DNA from: Stylophora pistillata
Lineage: Eukaryota
Direction: 5' to 3'
Assembly: GCF_002571385.2 (NCBI RefSeq)
Contig: NW_019217852.1
Span: 262,416-326,415 of the forward strand
Length of the DNA stretch: 64,000 nt
Shown here: positions 12,401 through 26,100 of the stretch, piece by piece
Layout of the letters: each line of letters starts with the position of its first letter
Numbering within the stretch: position 1 is the stretch's first letter
Program-made: the position numbers and the translations under genes
The notes under the pieces: model-generated
What the model saw: the letters and a program-made list of their open reading frames with translations, nothing else
What the model was told of the DNA's origin: nothing
Databases searched by the model: none

Positions 12401-14587
12401 TCGAAAATTTTAATTAGCTGTTCATCCGTTCGACCTCGTCCGTTCGAAAATTTTAATTAGCCGTTCATCCGTTCGACCTTTTCCGTTCGAAAATTTTCAC
12501 TAGCCGTTCACCCGTTTGACCTCATCCGTTCGAAAATTTTAATTAGCCGTTCATCCGTTCACAGTATCCGTTTCGAACGGCTTTCCAAGCCGTTCGTCAC
12601 CCGTTTGCTTGCCGTTCCGTTCACTGTTCGAACAGCTACCATTAGGAACGTTTTCGCGTGAGAGGTCACATTTATATCGATCCCAGTCTGGCAAATGTTT
12701 CCTAACTGAAGTTTCCATCTTTTCAAGGTACACCTTACCCAAGTTCAAAGGGTTTACCCAAGAGAGAGGTTCAACACAACGGTTGTATTTGCTGCCCTCA
12801 CTTCTGGGTACAACAGCTCAAAGGTACTATTTCTAAAACAGAATAACCATTCCTTGAATGGAGGCTCGGCTGCATCCTTGCATCATTACTTTTACTGTTG
12901 GACCTCTCTACCTAGTCCCAAAAGTGTCCCTCTCCCAATCCCTGTGACATTTCTATGGTTACATTCTCTTAAGGGACCATATTTACCTGAATAGAAGTTC
13001 CATGTAATCTTTGTAATCAGAGTTTGTTCCTTTTTTACAAAACAAATTTCAAGGTGTTTTCCAGGACTCCAAATTCACCTTTGACCCTTTCATTCCCAAG
13101 ACTTCAAAAATCAATTCTCCTATCAGTCTACAGACATTTTTTAATGACAAATTCTGAAAACTTTATTGCTTGAGTTGAGAAGATTTTCAAGACTTTCCAA
13201 GACCTGTAGTCTTTTTCCAGGACTTTCCAGGCCTGGAAAATGTCAAAATAAAATTCCAGGACTTTCCAGGGTTCCACGACCCATATGAACTCTGTTTCAT
13301 AGTTTATATTTCCACGTGAAGAAGAAAAAATGTTCAAATCTGATAGTAAAAGTACATTCTTAAATATCTAAGCAAATGTGATCAAATGTCTATGAAAATG
13401 GGGGAAGAGAGAGCAAAATTGTTTGAGGGGCATTTATTTTGATTCTTGGCTACAGGGGAGGGGGGCACTTTTTTCTTAACTATTGGTTAATGCATCAGCG
13501 TGTGTTCATCGAGGAATTAAGCACATGGAAAGTTTGGAGAGCACAAATGATGCACAAGAGATGCACGACGCACAGCCGAGAGGAATTCTAGCTTCTTGAG
13601 TGTCCTCTAAACTTCCCAAGTACTTCAATTCTTGATAAACACACAGCTGACACATGAACCAATTATCTAATAACATTTTTAACGCTCTAGTTTATGTATT
13701 AAGGGCAGAAATTCCCTCTTCTACGCTTCAATACATTGTTTATTTTGATTTGGAAAAGTATTTTGCTATGCTTTAATGATCTCGCATCAGATTGGTCAAA
13801 AACTGACAGGTGAATTCATGCTTGTCAATGAACGTCATCAGCATGAACAATGGGAAATTGAGATTGGCAAATTGAATTTAATTGCACGAATTTACAAGCT
13901 ATGTCATAATTGCAGTTTAAGAACACGTGGCACAAACTTGATGATAGTCACAACACTCACCTCCAAAGCACCAAGATCGTTATACGAAATTAGTTCAAAG
14001 CCTGGCATAAAAGGACCGTATTCACCGTAACAGTCTGGATCAGACGACGACGACACTGCGGCGAGCGTCCTTCCCCAAAAATTCTCCTCAGCGAAGACAA
14101 TTTTGGCTTTGTTCGCTGGGATGCCTTTCACATGATAACCCCATTTTCGGGCCAATTTACAAGCCGTTTCGCCTCCTTCCACTCCCGTATTCATGGGCAG
14201 TAGTTTGTCATAGCCAAAAAGTTTCGTAGCAAACTCTTCGAATTCCCCCAAAACATCGTTATAAAACGCTCTAGAGGTTAACGTCAAGATTTCTGCTTGG
14301 TCTTGAAGCGTTTTCACAATGCGAGGGTGGCAATGTCCCTGGTTCACAGCCGAGTAGGCGGCGAGAAAGTCGAAGTATCGCTTTCCGGTCACATCCCAGA
14401 CAAATACTCCTTCCCCCTTCGCCAAAGCTGCTGGTAGAGGATGGTAATTGTGGGCGCCATAAGTGTCTTCTCGCTTGAAAATGTCTTCAGGCGTGAGCTG
14501 ATATTTGGTCGCAGCGGCTGGAGTAGAATACAATCTCGTCACAAGAAACAGATTTCTGTTCATGGAACGGGCACAAAGGCGAAGCAT
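9438..14587 (-). CDS. OAT: Ornithine aminotransferase, mitochondrial (class III PLP aminotransferase); one internal exon not present in the sequence
   Basis: Exons (minus) 14587-13961, [missing], 11838-11789, 11446-11368, 11091-11038, 10924-10865, 10527-10383, 9601-9438 (TGA). Motifs [43 protein letters not shown] (PLP lysine), [18 protein letters not shown]. Arg-rich N-terminal presequence. Confidence 0.95.
12285..12600. repeat. ~40 bp minisatellite (AATTAGCCGTTCATCCGTTCGACCTCATCCGTTCGAAAATTTT)n in an OAT intron, probably part of a transposon
   Basis: About 6-7 imperfect tandem copies, close to the assembly gap at 12014. Confidence 0.8.
13483..13664. mobile_element. Hairpin MITE-like element
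   Basis: Imperfect inverted arms ATTGGTTAATGCATCAGCGTGTGTTCATCGAGGAATT... / ...AATTCTTGATAAACACACAGCTGACACATGAACCAAT. Confidence 0.55.
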
Positions 14588-17127
14588 TGTTTCGCAGTTA
14601 ACAGTACAAATTAAACCGAAAAAACTAAAAGCGAATCACAGAAAAGGTAGTTTCGTCTATCAAATTATAATCAATTTTAACGTTACTACAATCACATAGT
14701 CATTAAGATCTAACTCCACTCCAACCACAACGACCGTAAAGAAAGAACTCAAGGAAGATAGGACGTCTTTATACCTATTTGAGAATACCATATTTGGAAT
14801 GAGACGGTCCAATCCTCTCGCCGCCAAGCATCGTTCTTTTGTTTCCCCGAACCTCCCCACAGAGTATAAACAGAAGAAAAGACAACAAAAAAAACAATAA
14901 AAAGCTAACGAAAAACAAACAAAAAACAGGGACTATCGACACATTTAGTGAAGAAATAAGAGTGGTAACTTGTGATCCTATTAATGACAATGATCATCTA
15001 GTTATCAATTTCCCATGCTATACAACAATAGAAGCTTCCATAACCACTGAATGTCTCTCTTATTCCATCTTGGTGTAGGGCCCATTTGTGGGTTCTGTTG
15101 TAAACTGCCTCTTCCACCTCTTTCAAATACCAATCTGGGTGTCTATTCTGACTCCACACTTTGCGGACAGGATGTGGACATCCTGTTCTGTTTTAATGAG
15201 TAACTTACATACCTGCCAACCCCTAGTGTACAAAAATCTGGAGACGTTTAGAATTTTTTGCAATGAACCGAAATCCATGCTGGGCATCACCGCGCGCGAC
15301 AACCTGAACCGCGCCAAATTTCTATCATATATTGTGTGATTTGATTGGCTGATTTCTTACCAATTACCATACTCGTAATTTGATCGCTTTGTTTAACTGT
15401 TCCCGATCAAGATTAAGTTAGAGCATTAAATCCATTTTGACATCTCAAAAACAACTAAATTAAAAAGCGACGGTAGCTATTTTCGGGGAGATTTGTTGCT
15501 CTAACCGAGAGACCGCGAGATTTGATGAAAACCTTGTAGTCTCTCGCGAAGATCGGGAGAGTTAGCAGGAATACACTTAATCCCTAACGCCATAACACTT
15601 GAGTGCATAAAGAAGAATTTGTTTGATAATCAAGTACTTCTGCAGTTGGTGATCTAAACTTAGTGATAAGACCTGATGTGGGATTCAAGGGTAATTTTGT
15701 AGGGAGAAATTGGATGCTTGTCACGCTTGAGAGTGAAAGAGCTATGAGTTTCAAGAACCCTCACCTTCAATATATTCAAGGTCAGTAAAAAAACTTTCTT
15801 TTGCACTTAGCTTATCCTCCTACCCTAGTGAGGTTTTATTTTTCGGCAGCGAAGCCGCTAATGGTGAGTGGAAAGGCCACAATTGTTGGCAAGAAAAAAA
15901 AAGCTTGCCAACAATAGGGGCTTTGCTGCTATCTGTTAACTGTAAGCTTCACTGCAAAGAAAAAAATCCTCTAGTTCCCAGGGTATTATCCTCCCATTCT
16001 GATATACTTCCTCAAAAACAACAAAATAAAGAATATTGCAACAAAGCAAATGTCATGTGATTTATTAGCAGTCCTGGAAAATTCCATAATTATGCATATG
16101 ATTGACGTGTAATCATGTTTGATACACCAAGGATATATAACAGTGCAGAGTTTTCCTTTTTTTTTCTTTTTTGACACAATTAATTTAAGAGACAAAACTA
16201 AATTCCACAAAATTAATGAAACTGAATTACCATAATTTCTAAGTGTCCCCTACCACCCAATTGATGTAAAGCATCTAAAATCTTAACACACACATTTTGA
16301 TTAAATAGAACACACATTCCCATTTGTTAAGATTCCCTTAAAAATTTAAAAGAAAACACAATACACTGCCTAAATTCCAGGTGCTTGAAACAGGGACCAT
16401 GAAAAATATCATACTTCTTTCAATAACTTATCGCTGACTTAAATAGGATAAATTCATGAAATAGAAAATTCACAAATTAGGATATGTATTATCAAAGATG
16501 TATGCAGTGGAAAAATATCTTTTCTATCTCCACTATCTGATAGATTTTAAAAATTTAATAACAACCCTTATTCGCAATTCAAAAAAATTACAAAACCCAA
16601 TTAATGTAAGTTAATTGTCTTCAGATACGCAAACAAATTGATCATGGAAGACATCATTTTGGAGAAAAAAAACTCTGTAGCCAGAGTTCAATCCAAATGA
16701 CAGAAGCCAAATTGCGTACACAAAAGTTCATTGTTGAGCAGGACGTCAAATGGTGTCAATGGCAGCTCAATTCTTAGAACATTCAAACACAATTTTCACA
16801 AGGTTAGGTAACTCTTTGGAAACTTGCAATTTAGGTAGAGATAAAATTTATATGGTCACTGGAGCATACCTCCTATCCCTACTATGATTGATTGAAGATT
16901 TTATTGCAATTGAACCATAAGAAGGTCAATGGAACATACCAGCTCTACTATATTTGATTTAAGCATTAGTAAAAGTTAATAAACCTATTCTGTTGCTAGT
17001 GAACCATAAAGCCAGTATACCAAAATTCACCTGATATACATGGTGACAAAAATAATGTTAGTATTCTGTAAGATGCACACATCAATTGCACAAAAACTCT
17101 AGCTAATAAAATTAATATAATTATGAT

Positions 17128-20100
17128 TCAAAGTCCCTTGTTGAAGTAGACATATTTCAGTGGAGTTCCTCCTCTTTGTTTGATGATTTCTTGAAGTTCA
17201 GGTTCAAGTTTTGAGACTGCTATGGAGCTGCCAAGTAGAAAGGCAAAAACCAACTGGTTTAGCAGCTAAAAACAATCACAGTTGCTCAACTGATTTTTTG
17301 GAGTACTAGTAGACTGTTGTTTCTACTTTTGGTCCAGAGACCTTAATCATATGACACTAATTTTGAACCCCCGGGATAAAAGCTTCAAGTTGTTTTTGCA
17401 TGTCTCAACTCATCTTTGCTACAAGGCTAGCTAAACAAGCATGCTTTACCTCCCAGAGAACTCCAAAAGCGTGCAGCATGATAAAGGTCTAAAGTGTGGA
17501 ATGAAAGCAAACATACACAAGTGGTACGGGCTAACTTGCACTTTCCTCTTTTGCACAACACACCTTGATTGGTCAAAGTTTTCATAGCGTTCTTATATGC
17601 AATCATCCACTTCACATTACAAGCCCATCAATTTAAAGCCTCAACATCCCCACCCCCCCTCCCACAACCCATTGGGGAATTTGGGGAACTTGAACCTTGC
17701 CTGGTTGGGGTGAGGCATTTGAACCAAAAGTGTCAAATCTTTCCAGCCAAATATAATCATTATATCTTTGACTATGGTTTTCTTTAAAGAAAAATAATTT
17801 ATTTATGTGAGCCAATATAATGGCTCATAAGAAAAGGTCTACAAGGTCACTGATTTTGCCAATTACAAAAAAAAAGTTACCATCATATCAGGTACTTGGA
17901 AGAGGTATTTGAAGACAATTTCTGCCCCAGGGGGTGGGTGGGAATTTGAACAAACCAACCTTCAAAAATTCAAATGCTGGAGTTTTGCTTGGGGGGAGGG
18001 GTGGTTGGTGTTGAAGGTTCATATTGATCCATGTATTAGGCAATTAGATTTAAAGCTCAAGCAATATTTTATACCAGTGATAATTTATCAATAATAATTT
18101 TATTCAAACAAAACTAAATAAACAAATAATTTTATTATGGGCCGCCCTGCGTCCATTTCATCTATAATGTCTCGGTGTGCCCACTCCCAGCAACTTAAAC
18201 TGAAAAGCACCCCTATAATACAGTGTACTAACCTCTTTTGTGGAAAGATTGCACAACACAAGGGAGTTGCAAACACCAAGCTTAAAAATAACAGACAACA
18301 TACTGTAAGTACCAAATAAGACCAAAACAATCAGTAATGACAACAAGTCAAGGCAAATCTTCTGTTAAGTTCTTGTAACCAAAACTCCTTTCAAAACACA
18401 TTCAAGTGGAGATCATAACAATCACAAGGACCTTGACAATTACAAGGAAACCAGAGCTATGAGGAAAACAATCAGATAGCTAGTGTGAAGAGGACAAATA
18501 ATCCAAAGAGTGACTACTCTTGAACTGGTGTACGTGATGCAATGAAACAGACATCCTTTTAAGCAAACCAACTCATATTTCCATTTTGAAGCATATATAC
18601 TATTAATGGTATGCAAATTCTTAAATTCTAAGGGAAAGATATTGATAATATTCACTTTTCTTAGAATAGTATTGGTTCATATATCATACTTTCAATCTGT
18701 AGTTATCTATATACACTAGCTTAGCATTCTTACCACAATCCCACTAATCCAACTTGAATTGGAGAAGCTAAAATTGGCCATCTCTTATAAGGTTATAAAA
18801 CAAAGACAGAAATATTCACAAATTATTTGACAAAAAACAAAAACCACTTTCTTGTGGGGGTAATGTCGAAAAGTTCAAGGTATGGTATATTGTTCACAAA
18901 ACTAAATTAAATAAACAAATAAAATTATTATTTTATCCCTTTGTTCACTTCTTCATTTAATGTGTTCATTTAACTATCCATTCATTGCTATTGATATTAA
19001 TTCCTTCACAGTTCTTTGCAAGAAAATTCCAACTTATTTCAGTCGGAAAATATGATGGAAATTTTAAATTGAGCAGAGCTGGGTTATGGAGATTTTTTGA
19101 TTAAAAAGAAATGTAAAAAAAAAAAAAACATGTTTATAACCAAAACTTACCTTCATAAATGGCTTTGAATCTAGATAGTTCATTATAATTGGTGGGATGG
19201 CTGAAAGCAAAAGGCAAAGCATGCAAAGATACAGTTAACAGCTTTCCACAAGTTTACAAACATATAAACTATAAGACCTAGCCACCTAGATAATATTGAC
19301 AACCAAATAACTGAAACTGTTAAATGAGGAAAAGAAGTAGGCATGCAGCATCTAAACCTGCTCAGCCAGTGGGTTTTGTGTGCACTTTAAAGCAACCCAA
19401 ACGTCTTGTAAAGGCTGCATGCTTGTTTTTACAGCTCCACCTGATGTACCAAAGCACAGCTAGTGCACATTAAACCAACAGCTATGCATCTTCCCCAGTT
19501 TTTGGTGATCATTACAATAATTATCATAAGTTAATTGACAAAAATTCTCACAGAATTCAGCAAGATTACCAGTCACCTTTACACAACTGTAAACTGTTGT
19601 TGACTACTTCAGAAAACACAAGCAGTGCAAATAATCCTTGATAATTTGCAAGTGTTGATTAAACTAAGAAATATCAAAATATAATATGCAGATAATGTCT
19701 ACCATTAAGTAAAAATATCAGCAGAAAAAAAAATTATATTAATTAAGCTTACACATTCCAGGAGATGCCATAACTATTCTGGAAAACACAACGCTTGCTA
19801 TGGCTTTCCGTGCTGCAGCCTGAAGTGTGAAAAGGACAGGTATAAAAAATAATCATTGGCCTCACCTCAACAGAGGTGGACAGTATTTGGATGACAAAGT
19901 GATGGTGAATTTTTACAAAACTGGTGTATGTGACATGTTGAAAAAAGAATAAATGATGGGGCTACTAGTACTGCTGTCTGGTTAAAGGTGAAGAAGGGTC
20001 CCCTTGTTAATGACTGCTGGTCATGTCTAAGCTATCAAGACTGTTTGCCATTTAAAGATTTCCCATCAACTCAGGGATGTTTCTGGACCAACAGGGTTTT

Positions 20101-23100
20101 GCTTTAGTATAGCCGAGCTGTAAACCAACAGACCACAAATTGACAGCCACTATAGCTGATGTTGTGTCATTAATAAGTTGCTAAGTTATCTATTGTCTTT
20201 TTTGCAATATATAAACTAAAAAGAAAAAGGTTATTGTTTAAAAATTTACCGAGAACATATGGTAAACTTGAAGGAAACTTTTAGGCAAAAATGATTTTTT
20301 TTGGAAAGGGGTGGGGGAGGGGTGTAACTGACGATGAATTGTTCGTAACATCGAAACATGTCCTCAAAATTAAAAAATGTCATACTCTTCTTGAAGATAA
20401 TGACTCATATATTGAGTAAGATCCAAACAGAGTAACAGCAATTCAAGAAAATTCTTACCTTTGATTCTCCAATTTTGTTTCCATCTTCATCAGTTACAGG
20501 TATTCCCCTGAACAACTCCCTACAATTAGAATTAAGTCACTAAATTTAATAGGATTTATCAGAAAAGTATAAATTAAATTATGTTTGTGAAAGTACAACG
20601 GTTATATTTGAGTAAGAGTTAAACCTATCATTTATTACTTAAATCATGTAAACTATTATTTATTCATTGCATATATAAAAGGCAATGAGGAGAGTGCACT
20701 TACGTTTGTCGCATAAGAGGGATGTTTACACAGTTTGCCGCAGCAACAGCAGCAAATGGAACAAATCTACCAATCAAAGGTGGAGCTGACTGCAAAAATC
20801 AAACATCAGAAAGAATCGGGTTGACACAAAATAGACTAATAAAAGTTTGATCATAATTTGATTAATCCTGGTAGAGTAGGCTTCTAATGAGCCGTGCAAT
20901 TCTGAAAAGCCACACTTTTGCAAGTTCACTGATAAGGCCCCTAGATTGTTGTTTAATTACTTCAACCTGTGTGTTTTTCATGGAAGAAGTGAGGGGAGAA
21001 TTTGTTAACAGACAGCAAGGCTGTGCACTCTTAAGAAAAATTGAAGGGAGCCCTGAGTGCTCTAAAACTGTGAAATCTAGGATGCCCAGCATATGCTTTT
21101 TGAGAAAAAACTAAAATTCCTGAATCATCTGAGAACAAAAGTAAGGCACCAGGGGCCACCAGGCGCTGCTAGATGACAGCCCTGAACAGGGAAGTCTATC
21201 GGACAAGGAGAGATCTTTATTTTAAACTAGAAAGCAGAAAGTAGTCTGAATAAAATAACATAAGAGCAGCTAAACATTAGAGTAGGGAAACAGGGTAGAT
21301 GGAGAAAACAGTTTAGACTGGGTGGCTTATTATAGTCGGATTCATTTTCACATACTGAAAAGAAAGTTAATTATTAAAAGTGACCTCAACCCTATTACAC
21401 GATCTTCTTAATAATATATGATTGTCCCTCCTATAAATTGCATTTAAGTGACACAATATTGACAATTCAAGATCCAAACATTAGCACTTAATTGCTTATA
21501 GGCATGAATTCAGCTCTCTTTTAATTTAGTTTACTCTTCAGAATTGTTTTACTGGGAATATAGAGCACTCTGGACAAATATATTATGGGCTTTTGATTGT
21601 ATTTTGTAACTCAACATGCACCAGTGCAGATAATAATTAGATAAAAATTTACAACACTTATAAACACGGGAGCACTATAGCTAGTGGAAATGTGAAATCA
21701 AATGTCTCATCCAAGCTCTTCATTTACTGTACTTTAAGGCCTGAGCAAAACTCACAGAGTGGCCTACTCGTAAATTAAAGTACCTGAAAAATCCCTACAC
21801 CAAAAATAACAACAACTTCAATAAGTCTATAGTTAGCCAACGCCTGGTTCCTTAAATATGCTATTATACTGAGTTTACCGCTAACCTACCGGATAGATAA
21901 TAACACTTACTGTAGTTACACCTTAATTACCTTAGTAAGGTGGTTTAATCCCAGAGCTACAGCAACAGCACCTGTTGTGGCAAATGCATATCCCATTGCC
22001 AACTGTCTGTGTCAAAGCATTTAAAAGTACTGTTATTCAAATTATTCCTAGCAGTATATTAATCAATGCTTATAAATAGGTAATAGCTCTAGATAACCAT
22101 TAATATTTATTTAATACTCATCAATGGTTAATTTGAAATTGTTTATTTGACACAGAAGAGAACTAAACCAAAAAAAAACAAGCACAAACAAACAATGCCA
22201 CACACCTAGTCATGCATGCATGCATGGTGATTGTACATGCTAACACTATTTTGCGAAACGAAACGAAAGGAAACAAAAGCAGGTGAGATCTAACAAAACT
22301 AAAGGGATAATACCAATATATTTTCTAATAAGGCAAAGATAACTTTCACAAGGATTTTGGAGTAATCGTTAATTAATAATAAGGATTTTAATTCATTTCG
22401 CAAAGTAGTAATTTAAGAAGAGTTACTATTTTGCAAAATCAGTTATTTTTACTCTGCGGTGCATGACAGTGACCTCTTTCAGGTCGCAAAAATACATTTA
22501 AATATTTGATAACTTGTAATTTTTAAGAGATTGGTGGAATCATTGTTTTTTGTACTGGATCAGTCCACCAAGAGTTTGATGATAAAATCTTCTCATGCAG
22601 CGAAGCCAGATGATTGATTTACCTGACTATTGTTCATCCAGCCTCAGGTGGTGGGATAACATTCTTAACATTGTCTTTGTGTAACACTTGTAGTTTCCTT
22701 TTTAGAATCATCCACCATGAAGATCAGTTTCATTTGCTGTCATCATTGTCTAGGTTGTTACCTTATCAGGTGAGAGCTTTGCCAATTTCAACTCACTAGG
22801 TTCAGTCTGAGTCAATTCTTCCTAATGATGGTCTTGAAGGTGAATCGTTAAAGGCAAAATTGCTATGACCGACCATGGAAACGAATTTCATGTGCTGACT
22901 GGTCATAATCACAAAGTCAGAACAGACTTGCCCGAATTGCGTCACTTTCGCTAAATTATACCTGAAATTGGCTTGAACACGGAACAAATCACGTTCTTTA
23001 CAAATTGTAAAATGTCCGCCCCCCATCTCCCCCCAAGAAGTCTGCTCTCTCTCTGTCTCTCTTTATCCCTTGTACTTCATTTCCCTCCCTTCTCGAACTA

Positions 23101-26100
23101 GCCCACTATGCTTCATGATTGCTTGCTCACTGATTAATGCAAAACAGAAATTGAAATACTATAATCTTAATATGTCCACAAATACTATCTGTAGATGCCT
23201 AGCCGTCCTTTGATGAGTCATGTAAGCTAAACCCAGTTGGTGTAGCTTTTAAAGGTGACAATGGCAAGTATCTCAGCCATATTTCACAGGGGGGAATTGA
23301 CAAAATTGAGATGATAAAAGACCACAAGGATGCTCACACAAGATTCCTCGCTGGAGAGTTTAATTTTGAGGCTGCCAATGAAAAGTTTCTGTCTAGAATA
23401 ACGTCACGGCATTGACTTCATCAAGGCTGCCAAGACATATCCCAGAGTCTATACCCAGTTTACAGTCTGCAATCAGCCTGATGGAACAGTGGTACTGCAA
23501 GCTGATATTGGAAGGTACTTGAGTCGAGTCTGTCGTGGCTCAACTGACTCTTTTGAGGCAGCAAAAGGTACCATTGATGTAAATTGCAAATTGCATCTTG
23601 ACTTTCAGCCCTAGAAGGAACCTGACTCCAATAATGAGTGCTCAGTAGTTTTAAAAGTAAATTAAAAAGAGTTGTTAAGGGTTAGATAATTTTCTGTTAG
23701 AAGCTGATTAGAGCCAATAAAGAGGTACTTTCGGAGCAAAATTGATGGTTGCTTGGCTTATTGCTTTTAACTTAGAGACTAAATGCCTGAACTACACATG
23801 CCGTTGCTTGCCAGCTAGATGTCTGTAGCGAACTTGATTGCAAAATCAATGGCACTGAGATCTGGTGATCAGAGGAAAGAGGCTGCAACTGAGACTGCAA
23901 AATGGCCATAAAATATGCAAACTGGCCATAAAATATGCAAACTGCAAACCAAAAAGTAAGGCCAAAAAAAGGTAATCTCCTTCCCTGAGCAAACTCTTCC
24001 ATGTAGCATTTTTTTAAGTAACCACGAACAGTCACAGCCCTAACTGCACAATCTATTTTGCATAATGAGGGGGGGGGAGAGGGAACAAGCTTTGATTCAG
24101 AAAAGAAAGAAGTTACATTTTTAAATAATAGCCTAAACGAGCTAAGAAAAGTAATTAGCGGCCCAAGAACGCCTCTTGTTCTTTTGTTCATCATACACCT
24201 CATCATGGCACAATGTATTTGTTACCACCACATGGCTGTATTTGTTTCTTTTGTTTGTTTTCTCATTTGTAAACGCATTTTTTTCTCTCATTATCGTATT
24301 CTTTGTGTTCTTTTTTTTCGCCTTTACGTAATCAATATTCTGTTAGGTGTTTTCGCATAATTTCATCTCGTTACGGCCCTTTTGCATGTGTCTTTTTTTC
24401 AGTGGACTTGTGCTTGCCATCGCTACATTTCATTTGTTCAGTTCACTTACCATCTTCTCCGTTTTTGATTTTCATGTTCCTAGCCATCCTGGTCATACAA
24501 TGTTTCTACCACTTGCTTCGCATCGCTTTTCGCTTACATTGTACATTTCGTGAAACCGATTAAACAACATGTAGCGTGTTGGACGTTTGACTACAATAGT
24601 ATTCTACAGGGAATTTTCTTCTCTAACGACGTATCAATAAACTGTTATATATTTGAGATATTTTCCTTGTTACCCTCACTATAACAAATATATTCACACT
24701 GTAAAACAGAGTTCAACTAGAATTTCAAATTATTAGTGGGAAAAGGTTGTGCAGAAGTCATCATCATGACTTCCACACAGGTCGTCGAAACATCAGTCAC
24801 CACCACCGACAACTGAGTCCTTCTCAGGACTTAACACTCACCCGGATGATCGCACTTCACTTTCACAAGCAAGCCAATGTTCAGAAATATACTTTTATAT
24901 ATCTTCGGGAATATACTTTAATGTAATGTTTAAATGTATTTTTGTAACCCGAAAAGAAAGACATCATTATTGAAGGGTGAAGCTAGAAGTTCACTTTGCA
25001 AAGTCATAATTTTTATCTCTTCTAAAATTACTATTTTGTGAAATTATTTTAATAAGGTTTAAGAAATAATAGGAGGCCAAAATCCTGGTAATATACTAAT
25101 TTGTAATATTTAAATATATTTTTGTGACATAAAAGAGGGCACTGTCACCACAGGGTGAAAATAGCCGATTTCGCAAAATAGTAATTCCTCTTAAATTACT
25201 ACTTTACAAAATGAATTAAAATCCTTATTAACCATTACTCCAAAATCCTCACAAAAGTTATCTTTGACTTATTAGAAAATAAATTATATCGGTATTATCC
25301 CTTTAGTTTCATTAGATCTCACCTGCTTTTGTTTCGTTTCGTTTTGCAAAATAGTGTAAGCCAATTGTACAATCAAGTTTGGTCAGTAAAGGAGTCATCG
25401 CATTGTGAAAAGATCATGTAGAGAAGTTCACTTCAAAGCAAAATAAAAGTGTCAAATCTCAACTTGATTTCTCTTTTTTTTTTTTTAATGATGAGCAAGA
25501 CACTTATTTATTGTGTTTTACAATTCCATGGATAAGTTAAGTGCTAGAAAAATTTAGTTTAAACTTCAAAATCAAGTAAACAAGTATCTTGACTAAAACT
25601 CAATCATCAATACTTGAAAGTAATTCAGCCGAGGTCATGTTTTGAGACTCATGTTTTAGGTTTCAAAGTTATTTGTTTCTGGCAAAAAGTAAGCAATCTA
25701 AAATAGGCAGGGACAAAAATGTCTTTTCTCGGTGTTTGGGATTATCCAATCAAAGCACAGAATTCACTTCTGATCATTTTGCCTATATGTAGATGACTAG
25801 GAGCATTTCTCAATAAATATAGATATTCTATAAATGGGGCACAAAATAAGCAATCAACCAAGATGTACACCCACTTATTTGTTATAAGAGAGTCTCCGCT
25901 CCGGTTTGTATAGTTCACTACTGCATTAAATGATTGGTTGATCCACTGCCAGAAGAGGACAGCTGATGTGCTCCTGAAAAACATACAGTAAATTTTGAAC
26001 TTCCAAATTTTCTTAATTTGATAGTAGTTCAAAATTCAAACATGGACATTAAAGAGGAATGTTCTAGTTCATTCTTGAATGTTCTGTTGTTTACCTTGTT

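Larger units (their letters stand above)
22238..25362. mobile_element. Non-autonomous Mutator-like (Pack-MULE-like) DNA element, ~3.1 kb, in an SFXN intron
   Basis: ~260 bp imperfect terminal inverted repeats (22238-~22505 / ~25105-25362, starting GCT(A/T)ACACTATTTTGC...AAACGAAACGAAA). Flanking 9-bp near-direct repeat GATTGTACA (22229-22237) / AATTGTACA (25363-25371). Confidence 0.75.

Noticed and set aside
12285-12600. CRISPR-like or coding repeat in the OAT intron
   Set aside because: Simple minisatellite with no unique spacers. Overlapping ORFs have no recognisable motifs.
12845-12875. Candidate for the missing OAT exon (minus strand GAGCCTCCATTCAAGGA, resembling EP/IQG)
   Set aside because: EP and IQG are out of frame, flanks do not encode MV or EAGVVVP, and no suitable splice sites were found.
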